64,000 nucleotides of DNA from Callorhinchus milii (GCF_018977255.1 NW_024704743.1:20152001-20216000), one strand, 5' to 3'; counted from the stretch's first letter, positions 14,449-26,715 are shown. The notes: generated by a model not told the origin, from the letters alone. Made by a program: numbers and translations.

Positions 14449-16221
14449 GTCTCCTTATTTAAGGAAGGATGTACTTGCTTTGGAGGGGGTGCAGCGTAGA
14501 TTTACGAGGTTAGTACCAGGGATGAAGAGGATGAGTGACGAGGAGAGGCTGACCAATTTGGGCCTATATTCTCTAGAATATAGAAGAATTAGAGGGGATC
14601 TTATAGAAACCCATAAGATCATCAAAGGGCGTGATAGAGTAGATAGTGGGAGATTGTTTCCCCTACTTGGAGAAACTAAAACCAGTGGTCACAACCTTAA
14701 AATCAGAGGCCAGCCCTTTCGCACTGAGTTGAGGAAGAACTTCTTCACTCAAAGGGTGGTGAATGTGTGGAACTCACTACCCCAAAGGGATGTTGACACT
14801 CGGTCCTTGAACATATTCAAGACCGAGATAGATAGATTTCTTATTGCAAAAGGGATTAACAACAACAACAAGATTTCATTTATAGAGTGCCTTTCACGTA
14901 GGGAGGACGTCCCAAGGCGCTGGACAGTTGGGTCGGGACCCGAGCAGGGGGGAAATGGTCAGGGTGCGGGGAGGGAAGGGAGGGAGCGAGGAGGGGGTAG
15001 AGAGTCGAGAGGGGAGCTGAAGGCTCGGTCAAAGAGAAAGGTCTTGAGACTGGCCTTGAAGGAGGAAAGGGACGAGGCGGCGAAGGCACTGGGGGATGGA
15101 GTTCCAGAGACTAGGGGCTGAGAGGCCGAAGGCCTGGCCACCGATGGTAGGGCGGTTAGGGGGGGTGATGTGGAGCAGATCGGAGCCAGAGGAACAGAGG
15201 GTACGGGCAGGTAAATAGGGGGATAGTAGGTCAGAGAGGTAGGGGGGAGCAAGGCCGTGAATGGCCTTGTAGGTGAGGATGAGGATCTTGAATTTGATCC
15301 TCTCGGGGATGGGGAGCCAGTGGAGGCGAGCGAGGGTGGGAGTGATGTGGTCCCGAAGCCTGGTGCGGGACAGTACTCGAGCTGCAGAGTTCTGAATGAC
15401 CTGCAGCTTGTGGAGGGAGATGCCGGGAAGGCCGGCGAGGAGAGAGTTCCCATAGTCCAGCCTTGAGGTGATAAAGGCGTGGACCAGAGTTTCAGCAGCG
15501 TGAGGGGTGAGGTAGTGCCGTAGTCTGGCGATATTCCGGAGGTGATGGAAGGCGGTGCCAGTTGTGGCGCGGATATGAGGAAGAAAGGACAGCTCAGGGT
15601 CGAACAGAACCCCGAGGTTCCTGACCGGCTTTGAGAGGTGGAGAGTGCAGCCTTGGATGCTGATGGTGTCAGCGCCTGAGGTGCGGAGGCGCTGACGTGA
15701 GCCAATCAGGAGGGCCTCGGTTTTGCACACGTTGAGCTGAAGAAAGTTGTCTCTCATCCAGAACTCAATGTCAGAGACAGGCAGCTGTCAGGACATCGGT
15801 GGTCGTGGAGTTGAGGGTAGAGGAGGAAAGGTAGAGTTGGGTGTCATCCGCATACATGTGGAAGTTAACCCCATGTCTGCGGATGATGTCACCGAGGGGG
15901 AGCATATAGAGGGTGAAGAGGAGGGGACAGAGCCCTGAGGGACACCACACGAGACAGTGCGGGGACTGGAGGAAAAGCCGTTTGTGGAAACAAAATGAAG
16001 ACGGTGGGAGAGGTACCACTGAAGGACAGGGCCTTGAAGGTTGAGGTGGGAGGACACGCGGTGGAGGAGGATAGCGTGGTCGACCGTATCATGGGATATG
16101 GGGATAAGGCAGGGTTAGGTTATTAGCTGGAGTTAGATTGGAAGATCAGCCATGATTGAATGGCGGGGCAGGCTCGAAGGGTCGAATGGCCTACTCCTGC
16201 TCCTACATGTTGTTATGTTAT
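14449..16221 (+). mobile_element. CR1 LINE 3' fragment split into 14449-14857 and 16093-16221
   Basis: LEGVQRRFTRLVPGM...LYSLEYRRIRGDLIET.KI...FFTQRVVNVWNSLP; 3' end gatcagccatgattgaatggcggggcaggctcgaagggtcgaatggcctactcctgctcct. Confidence 0.92.
14858..16091 (-). mobile_element. Young 5'-truncated L2 LINE (RT C-terminal half plus 3' UTR)
   Basis: ORF 15771..16019 contains [14 protein letters not shown] 15029..15757 is 242 aa uninterrupted; (gtt)n tail at 14858-14871; CpGs retained. Confidence 0.95.
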
Positions 16222-18070
16222 GCCCTCTCTCATCCTGACCCTGCCCCCCCACGCTCGGGTCCTAATCCCCTGTTCAGTGCCTTGGGACATCCTCCTGATG
16301 TGAAAGGTGCTTTACAAATGCAATTTTTTGTTGTTGTATCCCGGGATATTAATAAGAATACAAGATGTTCTGCATGCTTTCCTCCCAGCAAAACACTGGT
16401 GAGCCTGGAGCTGTCTGTTGGGAGATAAAACGTCAGCCTTGGTAAGCTATATATTGAGATTTGCATAGGATATGCATTGCATGTGTCTGGTACTACTGTA
16501 CCTTCCTGCTGCCCTATTTATCTATATTAAAAAAATTATGAAAATGCACAGTAGATCTATTGGAATCATTAGAGATTTATGGACTAGGTATGTCAGAACT
16601 GAAATAGGTAAGATGGAAGGGTCCCCAATACAAGATTGATAATGATGCCATATGCCACTAATCGTATAGCATTAGTTTCTACTTGAGAGATCTGTTAATC
16701 ATTCTTGGGGGGCTGTCAAGTTTTAATTTAAGTGTTGTAAGACTTGAAAACAACATTAATTTTTGTTAAAATTATCAGGTTAATTTCAGTTTCAAGTTTC
16801 TATAATTTCTAAGTCTGTTTTGATGGCACCTCTGCTTAAAATGCTTAATGGTCAACATTCCATCCGATTCGTCACAAATTGATTCCTTGTGATGAGATGC
16901 AATGTTATTGCAAAAATGAGGGTGAGAAGAGCTGAGGCTTTTGGCTGTGTAAAATCTCTTGTCTGCACTACCTGATATTATATGCAACGTTTAACTTAAA
17001 GCATTTACATCAAAGTCTTCTTTACTTACAAGAACAAGACAGACTTTCTGAACTTTATTTTGTAGCTTAAATAGCTTGTCCACCTTGCTCACTTCAGGAG
17101 AACATAACATCTTGTGGTGTACAGCACCTAGTACTCTAGATAGGCTTATTGTACAATAAGTTAACCCTGTTGTAAAGGTGTCCTCCTTCCTCCCTCTCCC
17201 CTCGGACCAATGTCCTAAGGTTGTGCCTGGACACTTTTGTGACATAAGGTGGGATCAGTGGCTATTCTTGAGCATAGTGCGAATGCGGCGGATGTGATGT
17301 TAGCGGTGACTCGATTGCCTGGAAGTCAAGCTTTTTTTTGTGCAGATAACTCAATCTCTGAGAGATTGGCCCTGGAGAACTGTATTGCAACCAGGTTGCC
17401 ATGGATATAGTAACTATATTGTCTCTTTGGTTTTGTTCTCTATTTCACTTTAACCATGTACCTGGCTTTCCTTTTTAATTGTTATCACTTACTTGCAACA
17501 ATAATTACCACACTCTCTTGATCATTTTGTGGCATGATTGATCCATTTAATTACTGATTACATATTAATTATCTGGCATTTATTTAGTCAGTTATATTTG
17601 TTGTCTACAAAGTTTATAAAAACAACTAAATGCTTCTGAATCTGGGTGCATTGTTTTTCATTATTTGTTCTTCAAATTTCATTTCCTCTATAGACAAGAT
17701 CTTACTTTTGATATCTGCATCCGAATGGTGCATTTAATAAAATTTTAGGAGCCTGTAGGTTGACCCAGTGCTCCCCAAATATAAGCCCTTTCTAGCTTGA
17801 AGAAATCCATTTATGGCTACCCTCTGTTTGCTGTTATGATTGTTTTTCTATTCAGCACTTTACTTGGTAATCATGATTCCATGATTATTAATCTTAATTC
17901 ATTTCTGTTTTGGAATGTTGTAAATGCTTTACTGCCTTTACAGAATTGAAATATAATAACAAAATCTCAGAATCAAGAATTAGATAAAGTTGAGCTCCCC
18001 TTTTTGAACTTGTACTGTCAGTACTTTTATCAATTTGTGCTTTTCCAGGTGTTTGTTTACCATCCCCAAA

Positions 18071-18362
18071 TAGAGCACTCGCTTTGCAAGTGAGAGACCT
18101 GAGTTCAATTCCAGGCAGGGCGAAACCTTGGGCAAGTTTCCTTACTCCCCACGCCTAATAATAATCCCTCCAAAAAACAAAAACAATAATAAATTGGCAA
18201 TTTTCAATCCATGACTCTTTGTGGGGCATTGCTGTGCGCAATTGGCTGCCGCGTTCGCCCACAAATATACCGTCAATTCACTTTACAGTATATTCTGTGA
18301 AGCGCTTTGGGACGTCTAGAAGATGTGAAAAGCGCTATATCAAATGCAAGGATTATTATTAT
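18071..18362 (+). mobile_element. tRNA-derived SINE, short form, slightly 5'-truncated
   Basis: Near-identical to 23807..24124. Confidence 0.92.
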
Positions 18363-20709
18363 ATAGATTCCTTAAAATTGTTTCAAAGTTTTCTCCTATT
18401 GCAAATTAATTGATTGGTTCCTAGTTACATGAAATATCTTTTTTCATTTTAAATAATGGGAGTTAAATTTGCCACTCTTATAATCTGCTAGTTTCTAAAA
18501 AAAAACTAGTTGCACCAATTTCTTTGCTACTATTTTAAAATGCATGTTCCTGGCATAGCAAGTGATAATCATGTTGGGTAAGAATGGAACACTTTTCTTG
18601 ACATCTAGAGTTGTCAAGAATACTTGAGATGAATCCAGTCAGGAATTGATGCAGATTAACACTGCTTTCTGCTCATCTCAGAAATTTACTTTGATGTTCC
18701 AACAGCCCTATTGGAATGCTTTGTGGTTTTTCCCACATGATACAATTTTGCGGCCTCTGAATAAGACTGCCTATTTGTCATTTTGTGTTTTGGATTCATG
18801 CCGACTGGTAATTGAACTGTGACGGCCCAATCTTATTTCATGGACAACAGAGAGAGAGAGAGCAGATTTTCCACCAATCTTAAGTTGTATTCAAGTTCGA
18901 TCTCAGACAATGTACCACAATATAAAATTGTTTTTTATTTGCTTCTGATTGTCTAGTAGGTAAAGGGACCACCAATGTGGCCGTTTAGACTGTAGGTTTG
19001 GATTTCCAAACTGCACTGTTAAAAATATATATATATTAATCAGGCAGTATTTGGGGCACTGCAATTGGCTTTAGAATCTGTGAGCCAGGAGGGAAAAAAG
19101 TCAGCCAGAGTTTCTGCTTGTGGTGTTCTGATGTAGAAGTGCACTACAAGGCCGTGAGATACCTTCACAAAATTCCTTTTGTCTGCATGTGCAAAGTTCT
19201 GTGCATGCACACAAGATTACTGGAGACATGAATTCCCCATACAGTGTGAGTAAATCATGTCCCTGGTAATCTCACACAGATGTGCGAAGCTTCGTTTATG
19301 CACGTGACTGCATTTTTTGATGGTAGTGCGAAGGTAGCTGATGATACTTTGTTAGTGTAGGGTTAGTTAGAAAATGTAGTGGTACAATAGTAACAGTTAC
19401 CTTTTGATGGAATTGTACAGTATTTTACTTAGTGATGTAACCCAAGTTTTTTTAATATGCAATCCTTGCATTTGTTATGGTGCCTTGTCACATTAAAGCA
19501 TCTCATAGTAGTGACTGTATTTGTTAGGTGAGTGGCAGCTGATTTGCACTACAATGTCACACAAACTACCAATTAAGCTATCAGCTGGAGTGCACAAAAT
19601 TATTTTTCGAAAACTTGATAGCTAGGAACATAAATTTAGTGGAATGCCATAAGATGGTAATATTTAAAATTTGACTGATGTCTGAGGTTTTGGAGAAGTC
19701 TCAAGGCAATAACAAATTAATTCTAAAAGTGTTGTGGGTGAGTGAGGGTGGTGTTTCGAGAGAGAAGAAATTATGAATGGAATGATCAAGCTGAAAATAA
19801 TACTAATGCTCGTAGATTAGGTCCGGGCTTTTAAGGTGATCTATAATATGAGAGTTGACGACAGCAACTATAATTTTTTAAAAAGTAAATGGTAAGAAAG
19901 CAAACAAGAAGGGATAGGGTAGGATTGCAATTTTTAAGATGAAGATGAACAAATTTTGAAGGAAAAGAAGAAATGGTAAACACTAGAACCATTTGGAGAC
20001 ATTTTTAGATAATGGGAGGAATACCATGGAACCACAGAAAGCACTTCATTTTACATCAGGGTGTGAAGGATCTTGGAAACAGGATGGCTGCTGAAATTAG
20101 ATGTCAGACGAAGTAGGACAAACAACAATGGAGGCTTATGGCAAGATCAAATTAATTTCATCAAAATGAGAAAACTCAGCCGAAGATGTCATCTTTATCT
20201 GCAGTAAACCTTGTGATTGAGGCCAGAAGAGGGGGTGGAAAATTATTTGACAGTACAATAAAGCTTGCATAAGTCTTACTTTTATCATCACCTAAATCAG
20301 ACATTCAACCAAGTCCCGTTCAGCTTCCTATCAAACCCACTTAGGTTTCTTTGCACTCCTCATATTATTCACCACCTAAATCATAACGCAGCTCTGTTAC
20401 CCTCCATTACTCCCGCACTTTACTACTGCATTAAAATTGTGGAAAATGATGCCCTGATCCGTTGACGCTTGTACACCTACAGCTGGCTGAATTGAATTGT
20501 GCAAAATATAGTATTGATCCGCTGATGCATGCATGGAGGAACTTCATTTCCTACAATTCAAATACTTGCAGCTAAGTGCGCATGTGGTGACGGGTTAAAA
20601 CTACATTTCCTGCGATTCACTGCAGTGGCAGGCGCACTTGCCGGCAAGAATGCTGAAGTACCACACGTGCACTTGTGTTTCATGTACTGTATTTGTCTGC
20701 TTCCCTCTT

Positions 20710-21115
20710 GAAACCCACAATGGACTCTGCTTCTGTCACCTTACTTGGCAGGGCATTCCACACCCCAATAACTCTATGTGGAACAAATTCTCATGAGCTC
20801 TACTTTCGCTCTTCCTGTGACTATTTTATATATCTGTCCAATTGTCACTGACAGGGCTACCAGTGGAAATAATTTCTTCCTATTTATCCTGTCAAAACCC
20901 CTTATAATTTGTAGATCTCCCATCAGATCCCTTCTCAACTTTCTCTGCTCCAATGAAAGGACCAACTTCTCCAGTCTCTGCTCACAAATATAATCTTTGA
21001 TCACTGGTATCATTCATGTAAATCTTTGCATTCCCTCCAAGGCCTTGACATATTTCAAGTGAAGTGCCCAAAACTAAATGAAATACTCCAATTGCAGCCT
21101 AACCAATGATTTGTA
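20710..21115 (-). mobile_element. CR1 LINE fragment
   Basis: ORF 20774..21013: EQRLEKL..SLEQRKLRRDL...II RGFDRIN.KKLFPL. Confidence 0.85.
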
Positions 21116-22973
21116 GAAACTTACTAAGGTGAGATTTCATGGGAACAACAGTAGGATTGAACCAGGAAGAATGTCCAATTTGTCTTTGAAGAATTGGGTC
21201 TGAAATTTCCATGTGAGATAGAATATCAGTAACGATGGCGTTTCAGACTGAAGTAGCAGAAAAGTTATTTGGATTAGGGAAAATCAACAAATCATCTCAG
21301 TGAGTAGATTTGTTGCACACATCAATTAGTTTCGATGATTAGCGTGATTTGTTGGATGATGTTTTACAGGGTACAGGTAAGTGAATGTGATCAATGTGTT
21401 ATTTAGCACAGCCAGTTCATCCATATTTGTGTTTAGTATTACAGTTGCTGACAAATTTCAGCAAGGACATTTTGGTTCATAGCTTCCTTGGGGGAGGTAA
21501 GCAAGGTCTCCTTGGAGTTGAATTGGTTTCAAGGTGACGTGCTTGTGTGACCGGGGATGAGGATATATCGAATGGGGAGATCTAGCTGTACCTGAGGACG
21601 CCATAGTGCCCTCCTCCTGTGAAAAGAGCAGAGTTACGCAGATCCCTGTGTCCCGTCATCCATCCCCGGCCAGCCCCCCCATCACCCCCCTCTCACCCCC
21701 TGTTTATTTTGTGAAGGACTCTAGATGGCTTGAAGACGTGATAAGGCACTGTATCAAATGCAAGGTTATTATAGAATTGCGTCAATTCTCGGTAGTGTAC
21801 TCTGGTTCCAGAGCCAAGCGGGTCTGCAGTACTGAATTAGATTTAAGCTAAACTAAAAAATAGTTTCAAGTTAAAAGTGGATTTCACAGATTATAGCATA
21901 AATGTTCTTGCAACAGTTATTACTCTGAAGTTTCTTTATACAACTGTGAACTGCAGACTTTTTAAAGTTAACTAGTTGAATATGGTGACATGAGCTCATA
22001 GACAAATCCCAAAATATAATTTTAAAAAAAGTCTGATTTAGAATTAGCTTTTACACAACTTTCAGAAATAAGAGTAAATGTAGGCCAAAAGATTCTATTT
22101 AAAGTAAGACATTTTTTCCTTCATCCTAAATATTTCTTTAGCACAATGAGAAATATTAGGCAACTATATATTGTTCTGCATCACCACGTCTTAGGCAAGA
22201 AATGCACATTCAAAGAGGAAGAATCCTCCACTCCTCCTGATCCAACCGCCAGCTCGGGTCCAAATCCTGATTGTCCAGCACCTTGGGACGTCCTCGCAGC
22301 GTGAAAGGAGCTATACAAATGTAATTTGTTGTTGTAAAACTGACAGTCTTTATGTATTTCAGCTGTCTCATTCGGAACAATTTACTTGAAATGGCTTCTA
22401 TGTATAGGATAAGTCCCCTCCCAATATTGAAAGGCACAATATAAGTGTACAGGCTGATCCCTAATTATTATGATCCCTCTGGTTATAGCGAACTTGACAT
22501 TGAGACCCACTTTTTCCCATGGATCCTTACCCTGATACAGCGATCATTGAAGCAGAACCCGAATATAAGTTCTGCAATCAAATCAAAATGGCGGGGGGGG
22601 TTGGCAGCCAATCACCTGGGTGCTTGGCAGTTAATCATGTGGGTGCTTAGCAGTCAATCACTTGGCTGCCAACCAGCAAACCAATACATGCAAGCGCCGG
22701 AGAGCGAGAGCGCAGGGTGTCAACTCACCTCACTCATACACCCGCTCCTGTTCCTCTTCAGTATGTGACTGCTCGCATGTGGAAAATTTGGCCATTTCAG
22801 TATTTAAATGTTTATAGCGAACACCTGGATATAATGCTCCTTTTTCCCTAAGTCTCCAAGGCATTGGGTATGTGAGGTCAGCCTGTATATTGTACTATAA
22901 TAATTATTAGAATTTCAGAATTTATTATTTTTAGAAACATTGGGCTTTCCTTAATTTTGAACTTTTTTTCTAG

Positions 22974-23077
22974 ACCTGCTACATCTGTGAAGAGCAAGGG
23001 CGTGAAAGCAAAGCAGCAACTGGGGCTTGTATGACTTGTAACAAGCATGGCTGTCGGCAAGCTTTTCATGTCACATG
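22974..23077 (+). CDS. MLLT10: MLLT10 coding exon, 104 nt (TCYICEEQGRESKAATGACMTCNKHGCRQAFHVTC)
   Basis: Acceptor tttttttctag|ACC, donor TG|gttagt; phase 0 to 2; Cys/His spacing of the extended PHD finger. Confidence 0.96.
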
Positions 23078-23399
23078 GTTAGTATTTTTGTTATATATAA
23101 AATAATAAAGGAGGGCTTCATTGATGATAGTGGGCAGATGCATTGCAAAGTGTGGTGCTGATCAATCTGGACCAGTTTGATCCCTGGTCTGTGCCAAGCT
23201 ACTTAAACTTGGAATGTAGCCACACCATTTGGTCTCTATTATCTTTTAGCTAGTGAGGGGTAAATCAGTCATGGATCCTGCTTCTAGCTGTTGTCCATTG
23301 ATCCTTGTGGAAAAATGCGAGGGTGGATATCCAGAACATGTTCCAGCTCTATTCTGTTGCCCTATGTTGTGTAGGCTCGATTGTGAACCACGTCCTCTT

Positions 23400-24580
23400 A
23401 AAATGAAAAAGCTTGGCTGTGTAACCAAATCAGTTGAGTTCATATCCCCATACATCATACTTGAGCTCCATAATGCTCTGGTCAGGCTGCACCTAGAGAA
23501 CTGTACACAGTAACTGCAAGGTTCTGGAGGCAGTGCAGAGGAGAGCAATCAGGGTGATCGCCAGTTTTAGATGAATGAGGCCATGAGCAATGATTAGACA
23601 AGCTTGGGCTCTTTAGTCTTGAAAGATAGTGTCTCAAAGGGGACCTCATAAAGGTGTAAAATCCTGAGATCCTGAAGGGCCTCTTCAGCCAAACCGGTCT
23701 TTGATCTTGTGAAACATGGCAGGGTTGCTGACACCAATGCTCTCCACTATGAGCTGCTGTCTTGGGAAAAGGGAAACAATGGATTGAAAAAAGTGAGACC
23801 CAATGTGTGGAGTCCTGTAGCTCAGTGGTTAGACACTCGCTTTGCAAGCGAGAGACCTGAGTTCAATTCCAGGCAGAGGGCGAAACCTTGGGCAAGTTTC
23901 CTTACTCCACACAGAGCCTAATAATAATCCCTCCAAAACCCAAAACAATAATAAATTGGTCATTTTCAATCTACGACTGTTTGTGGGACATTGCTGTGCG
24001 CAATTGGCTGCCGCGTTCGCCCACAAATATACAGTCAATTCACTTTACAGTGTGTTCTGTGAAGCGCTTTGGGACGTCCTCCCGACGTGAAAAGCGCTAT
24101 ATCAAATGCAAGGATTAGTATTATAAAGAGTTTATGCAGAAATGAAGAATTATATTAGGTAACTTTCTTTGGATACCAAACACAATTTTAATGACCCTTT
24201 ATAATCCATGAAGGTTAAGAGCTGATTTGATAAAGGTCTTTTAAAATTATGAAGAGTTTGATAGCCAATAGGTAGAAATCATTTCCACTGATTGTTGATT
24301 TAGTGACGAGAGGACATCAATTTAAGCTAATGGAGCAAATGAGGAGGTTAGGATAATTTTTTTCATGCACAGAGTAGTTTGGATGTAGAATTCCCTGCTG
24401 GGAGTGGTGGTTGGGGCAAAATCTATTTTGTCTTTCAAAGCAGACAAGATAAATAATTAAAGGAGTAAACTACATGGGTATGGGAAAATGGCAGGTAAAT
24501 GGGACTCAAAGGATAACTCTTAACAGTGCCAGACACAATAGTCTGAACAGCCTTCTGAGCTCTAAACTTTTATGCTTTTA
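23400..24580 (+). mobile_element. Old CR1 fragments (about 23400-23665 and 24195-24580) flanking a SINE
   Basis: LH.ALVRLHLENC.Q motif; ctttagtcttgaaag...ggggacctcataaagg; gaaggttaagagctgatttgataaagg. Confidence 0.6.
23807..24124 (+). mobile_element. tRNA-derived SINE, short form, full length (best reference copy)
   Basis: A box 23818-23828, B box 23861-23870, TGC anticodon-like loop, Deu-like block tgtgggacattgctgtgcgcaattggctgccgcg, L2-like tail. Confidence 0.93.
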
Positions 24581-26621
24581 TATTGTAATGCATTAAATGG
24601 AAGTGAATTTTCACTTGTGTGCATAACATTTTGCGTTTTTAAAGGGAACATTGGGAGTATTCTATGTTTGCTTCGGGGTAAGAAGGCATTGTATGAAAAT
24701 GAGTGTTCCTGACTGGCGCAGAGCCTTGCATAACTTCACCCCCGAGTATCCATTCTTTCCTTCCAACTTCAGTTTAACTAACACACTTGGCATCTCTAAC
24801 TGATGTCCTTGCTGAGTTTAGTTAAATCACTACAGACGAATGCGTTCCCAGGCCATTTGTCTTGTTTAAGCTCCACCCACAGCATGAGGCAGCATGGCCG
24901 TGTCAAACAGAGTTCACTGAGCTCTGTGATGTTTGATCAGATTATTTAACACATGGTACCAGAGTAATGAAGTGTTGAAAACAGAGTTGTAATGTAGATT
25001 TTTAACAGAAAATCTGATGTGGCCTTTGTTTACATTATTCAGTTTCTGAACAGATCTATTTGATGGTCTAACTGAAGATTTTTAAAAAAAATTTTGCAAA
25101 AAAATTGATGAATGATAAAACATTTAACTATGTATAATTTGGAAAGTCTCAAAAAGTTTGCTTTGTTAAATGTCTTTTGCCCTATCAATTCTTTTCTCCT
25201 ACGCTACACTATTCCCCATCAAAGTGTGATGTTGATCAGTTTCATGGCCTCTGCCACGGATGATCAGTAATGGGATATGCAAGACTGCTGAGAGTTGTAT
25301 TATTTCCCCACCTACTTGATGCCCAACATTCATGTAGTCTTAGCATGTAAGACCATTTTACTTGAAACAATCAATATCATGTAGAATTTGGGAAATTTCT
25401 TAAATTTCATTTTAATTTGAAAGCTGGCCTTGCCCAGTACACGTTTTTAAATTAAGGCTGAATTTAAGCTTCTTTTTTGCAATTCTCTGCGATCTTAAAT
25501 GTAAAGACAAAATGGTCTTGCAAACTTTAAGAACAGGTGGAATTTTGGACCTCTGGCATCCTCACTTGGCAGAAAATGGGAAACTGCTATGTGGGGAATT
25601 GTGCTTGTGGTGTGATGCATTGCTATGAATCCAAAAACTGCTACTTGATAATCGTGCAGTAATTTTTAAATTTGCATTGGGTAACATCCAACCTTCAAAA
25701 GTTTTAAGAGAAATTTATTAGATTGAATTTTTTTAATCCAAATATTTTGCTTTGGAAGGGTGTGCATCGGAAAAATTACTGCTCCTTTCTAGCTGATTGA
25801 AATTCATAGTTCACAATCTACGATCATTGTCTCAATAAATATTATGGATTCACGCCAGGGTCCAATTTTGTACTAATATTAAACAGGATCAATGGTAGGA
25901 ATCGGAACTGACAAAATGCTGAAAATATGCAGCAGTTTTATGTATTTGAGAGATGAGATGAATTTTTGAGGCTGGTTCCTGAATAAGCATTTCATCTTAT
26001 TTTGTTTTTCCATTTCTAATATTGTTGTTACATGTGATTTATTTTTTATACTTTAAAAAAATTTCAAATAGGCTAGTGCAAACTGCCCTGAACTGAACAT
26101 TGCACATAACACAATGCATTTCTCTACAAGTGTATAATTGCTATTGAAGTTGCTTTGAGACAGCACCTGACATAATCGCTATGCAGAATGCAATGCATTT
26201 GGAAATATTCTAATGTTATAAGTGCTTTACGAAGATGAATATTTTGCAGAGTCCAGAAGTATTGCAGCAAACTTTCAAATGCCTTGGTAGATTCAGTGCA
26301 GTTAAGGTAGAGAGCAATTTAAAAAAAGGCTTGAAAGCACTCAGACGCTATGCAGCGTGAAGGGCACTATATAAATGCAAGTTGTTATTGTACAGTCCCA
26401 ATGTCAAAATTTCATGGGAAAGAATTAGGGTTTTGGTGGAGGATGGGGAGAGGAGAACACTTAAAACATTGGGTGGGGGAGAAGCAAAGAACTCATTGGT
26501 ATGGAGAATGGGGTGGCAGTGCCAAAGAGGAGAAAGGTGCAACTGGACAAAATCTATTTGACAAACAGTTTAGTTTCTTGTTAATTTTACTTACATAATC
26601 TCAATTGTTTTTCATTTTCAG

Positions 26622-26715
26622 TGCACAGCTGGCAGGACTTTTGTGTGAAGAAGAAGGTTCAGAAGCTGATAATGTTAAATATTGTGGCTACTGTAAATAT
26701 CATTTTAGCAAATTG
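26622..26715 (+). CDS. MLLT10: MLLT10 coding exon, 94 nt (AQLAGLLCEEEGSEADNVKYCGYCKYHFSKL)
   Basis: Acceptor cattttcag|T, donor TTG|gtaagt; phase 2 to 0; end of the PZP domain. Confidence 0.96.

Larger units (their letters stand above)
14045..16338 (+). mobile_element. Host L2 3' fragment split into 14045-14448 and 16222-16338
   Basis: SRLDYG.SLLIGLP...HKLQIIQ.SAARVL. The 3' UTR resumes at 16222 and ends in a ttgttgttg tail. Confidence 0.8.

Noticed and set aside
14480..15121. 213-aa ORF that looks like a novel protein
   Set aside because: It is a chance read-through from the CR1 ORF2 end into an antisense L2 3' UTR.
14959..15705. 248-aa Ser/Pro-rich ORF
   Set aside because: Alternative frame of the L2 coding region.
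23807..23885. tRNA-Ala(TGC)-like gene (also at 12346, 39136, 40686, 49715)
   Set aside because: A and B boxes are present, but there is no closed acceptor stem and each copy continues into the same SINE body. These are SINE heads, not tRNA genes.
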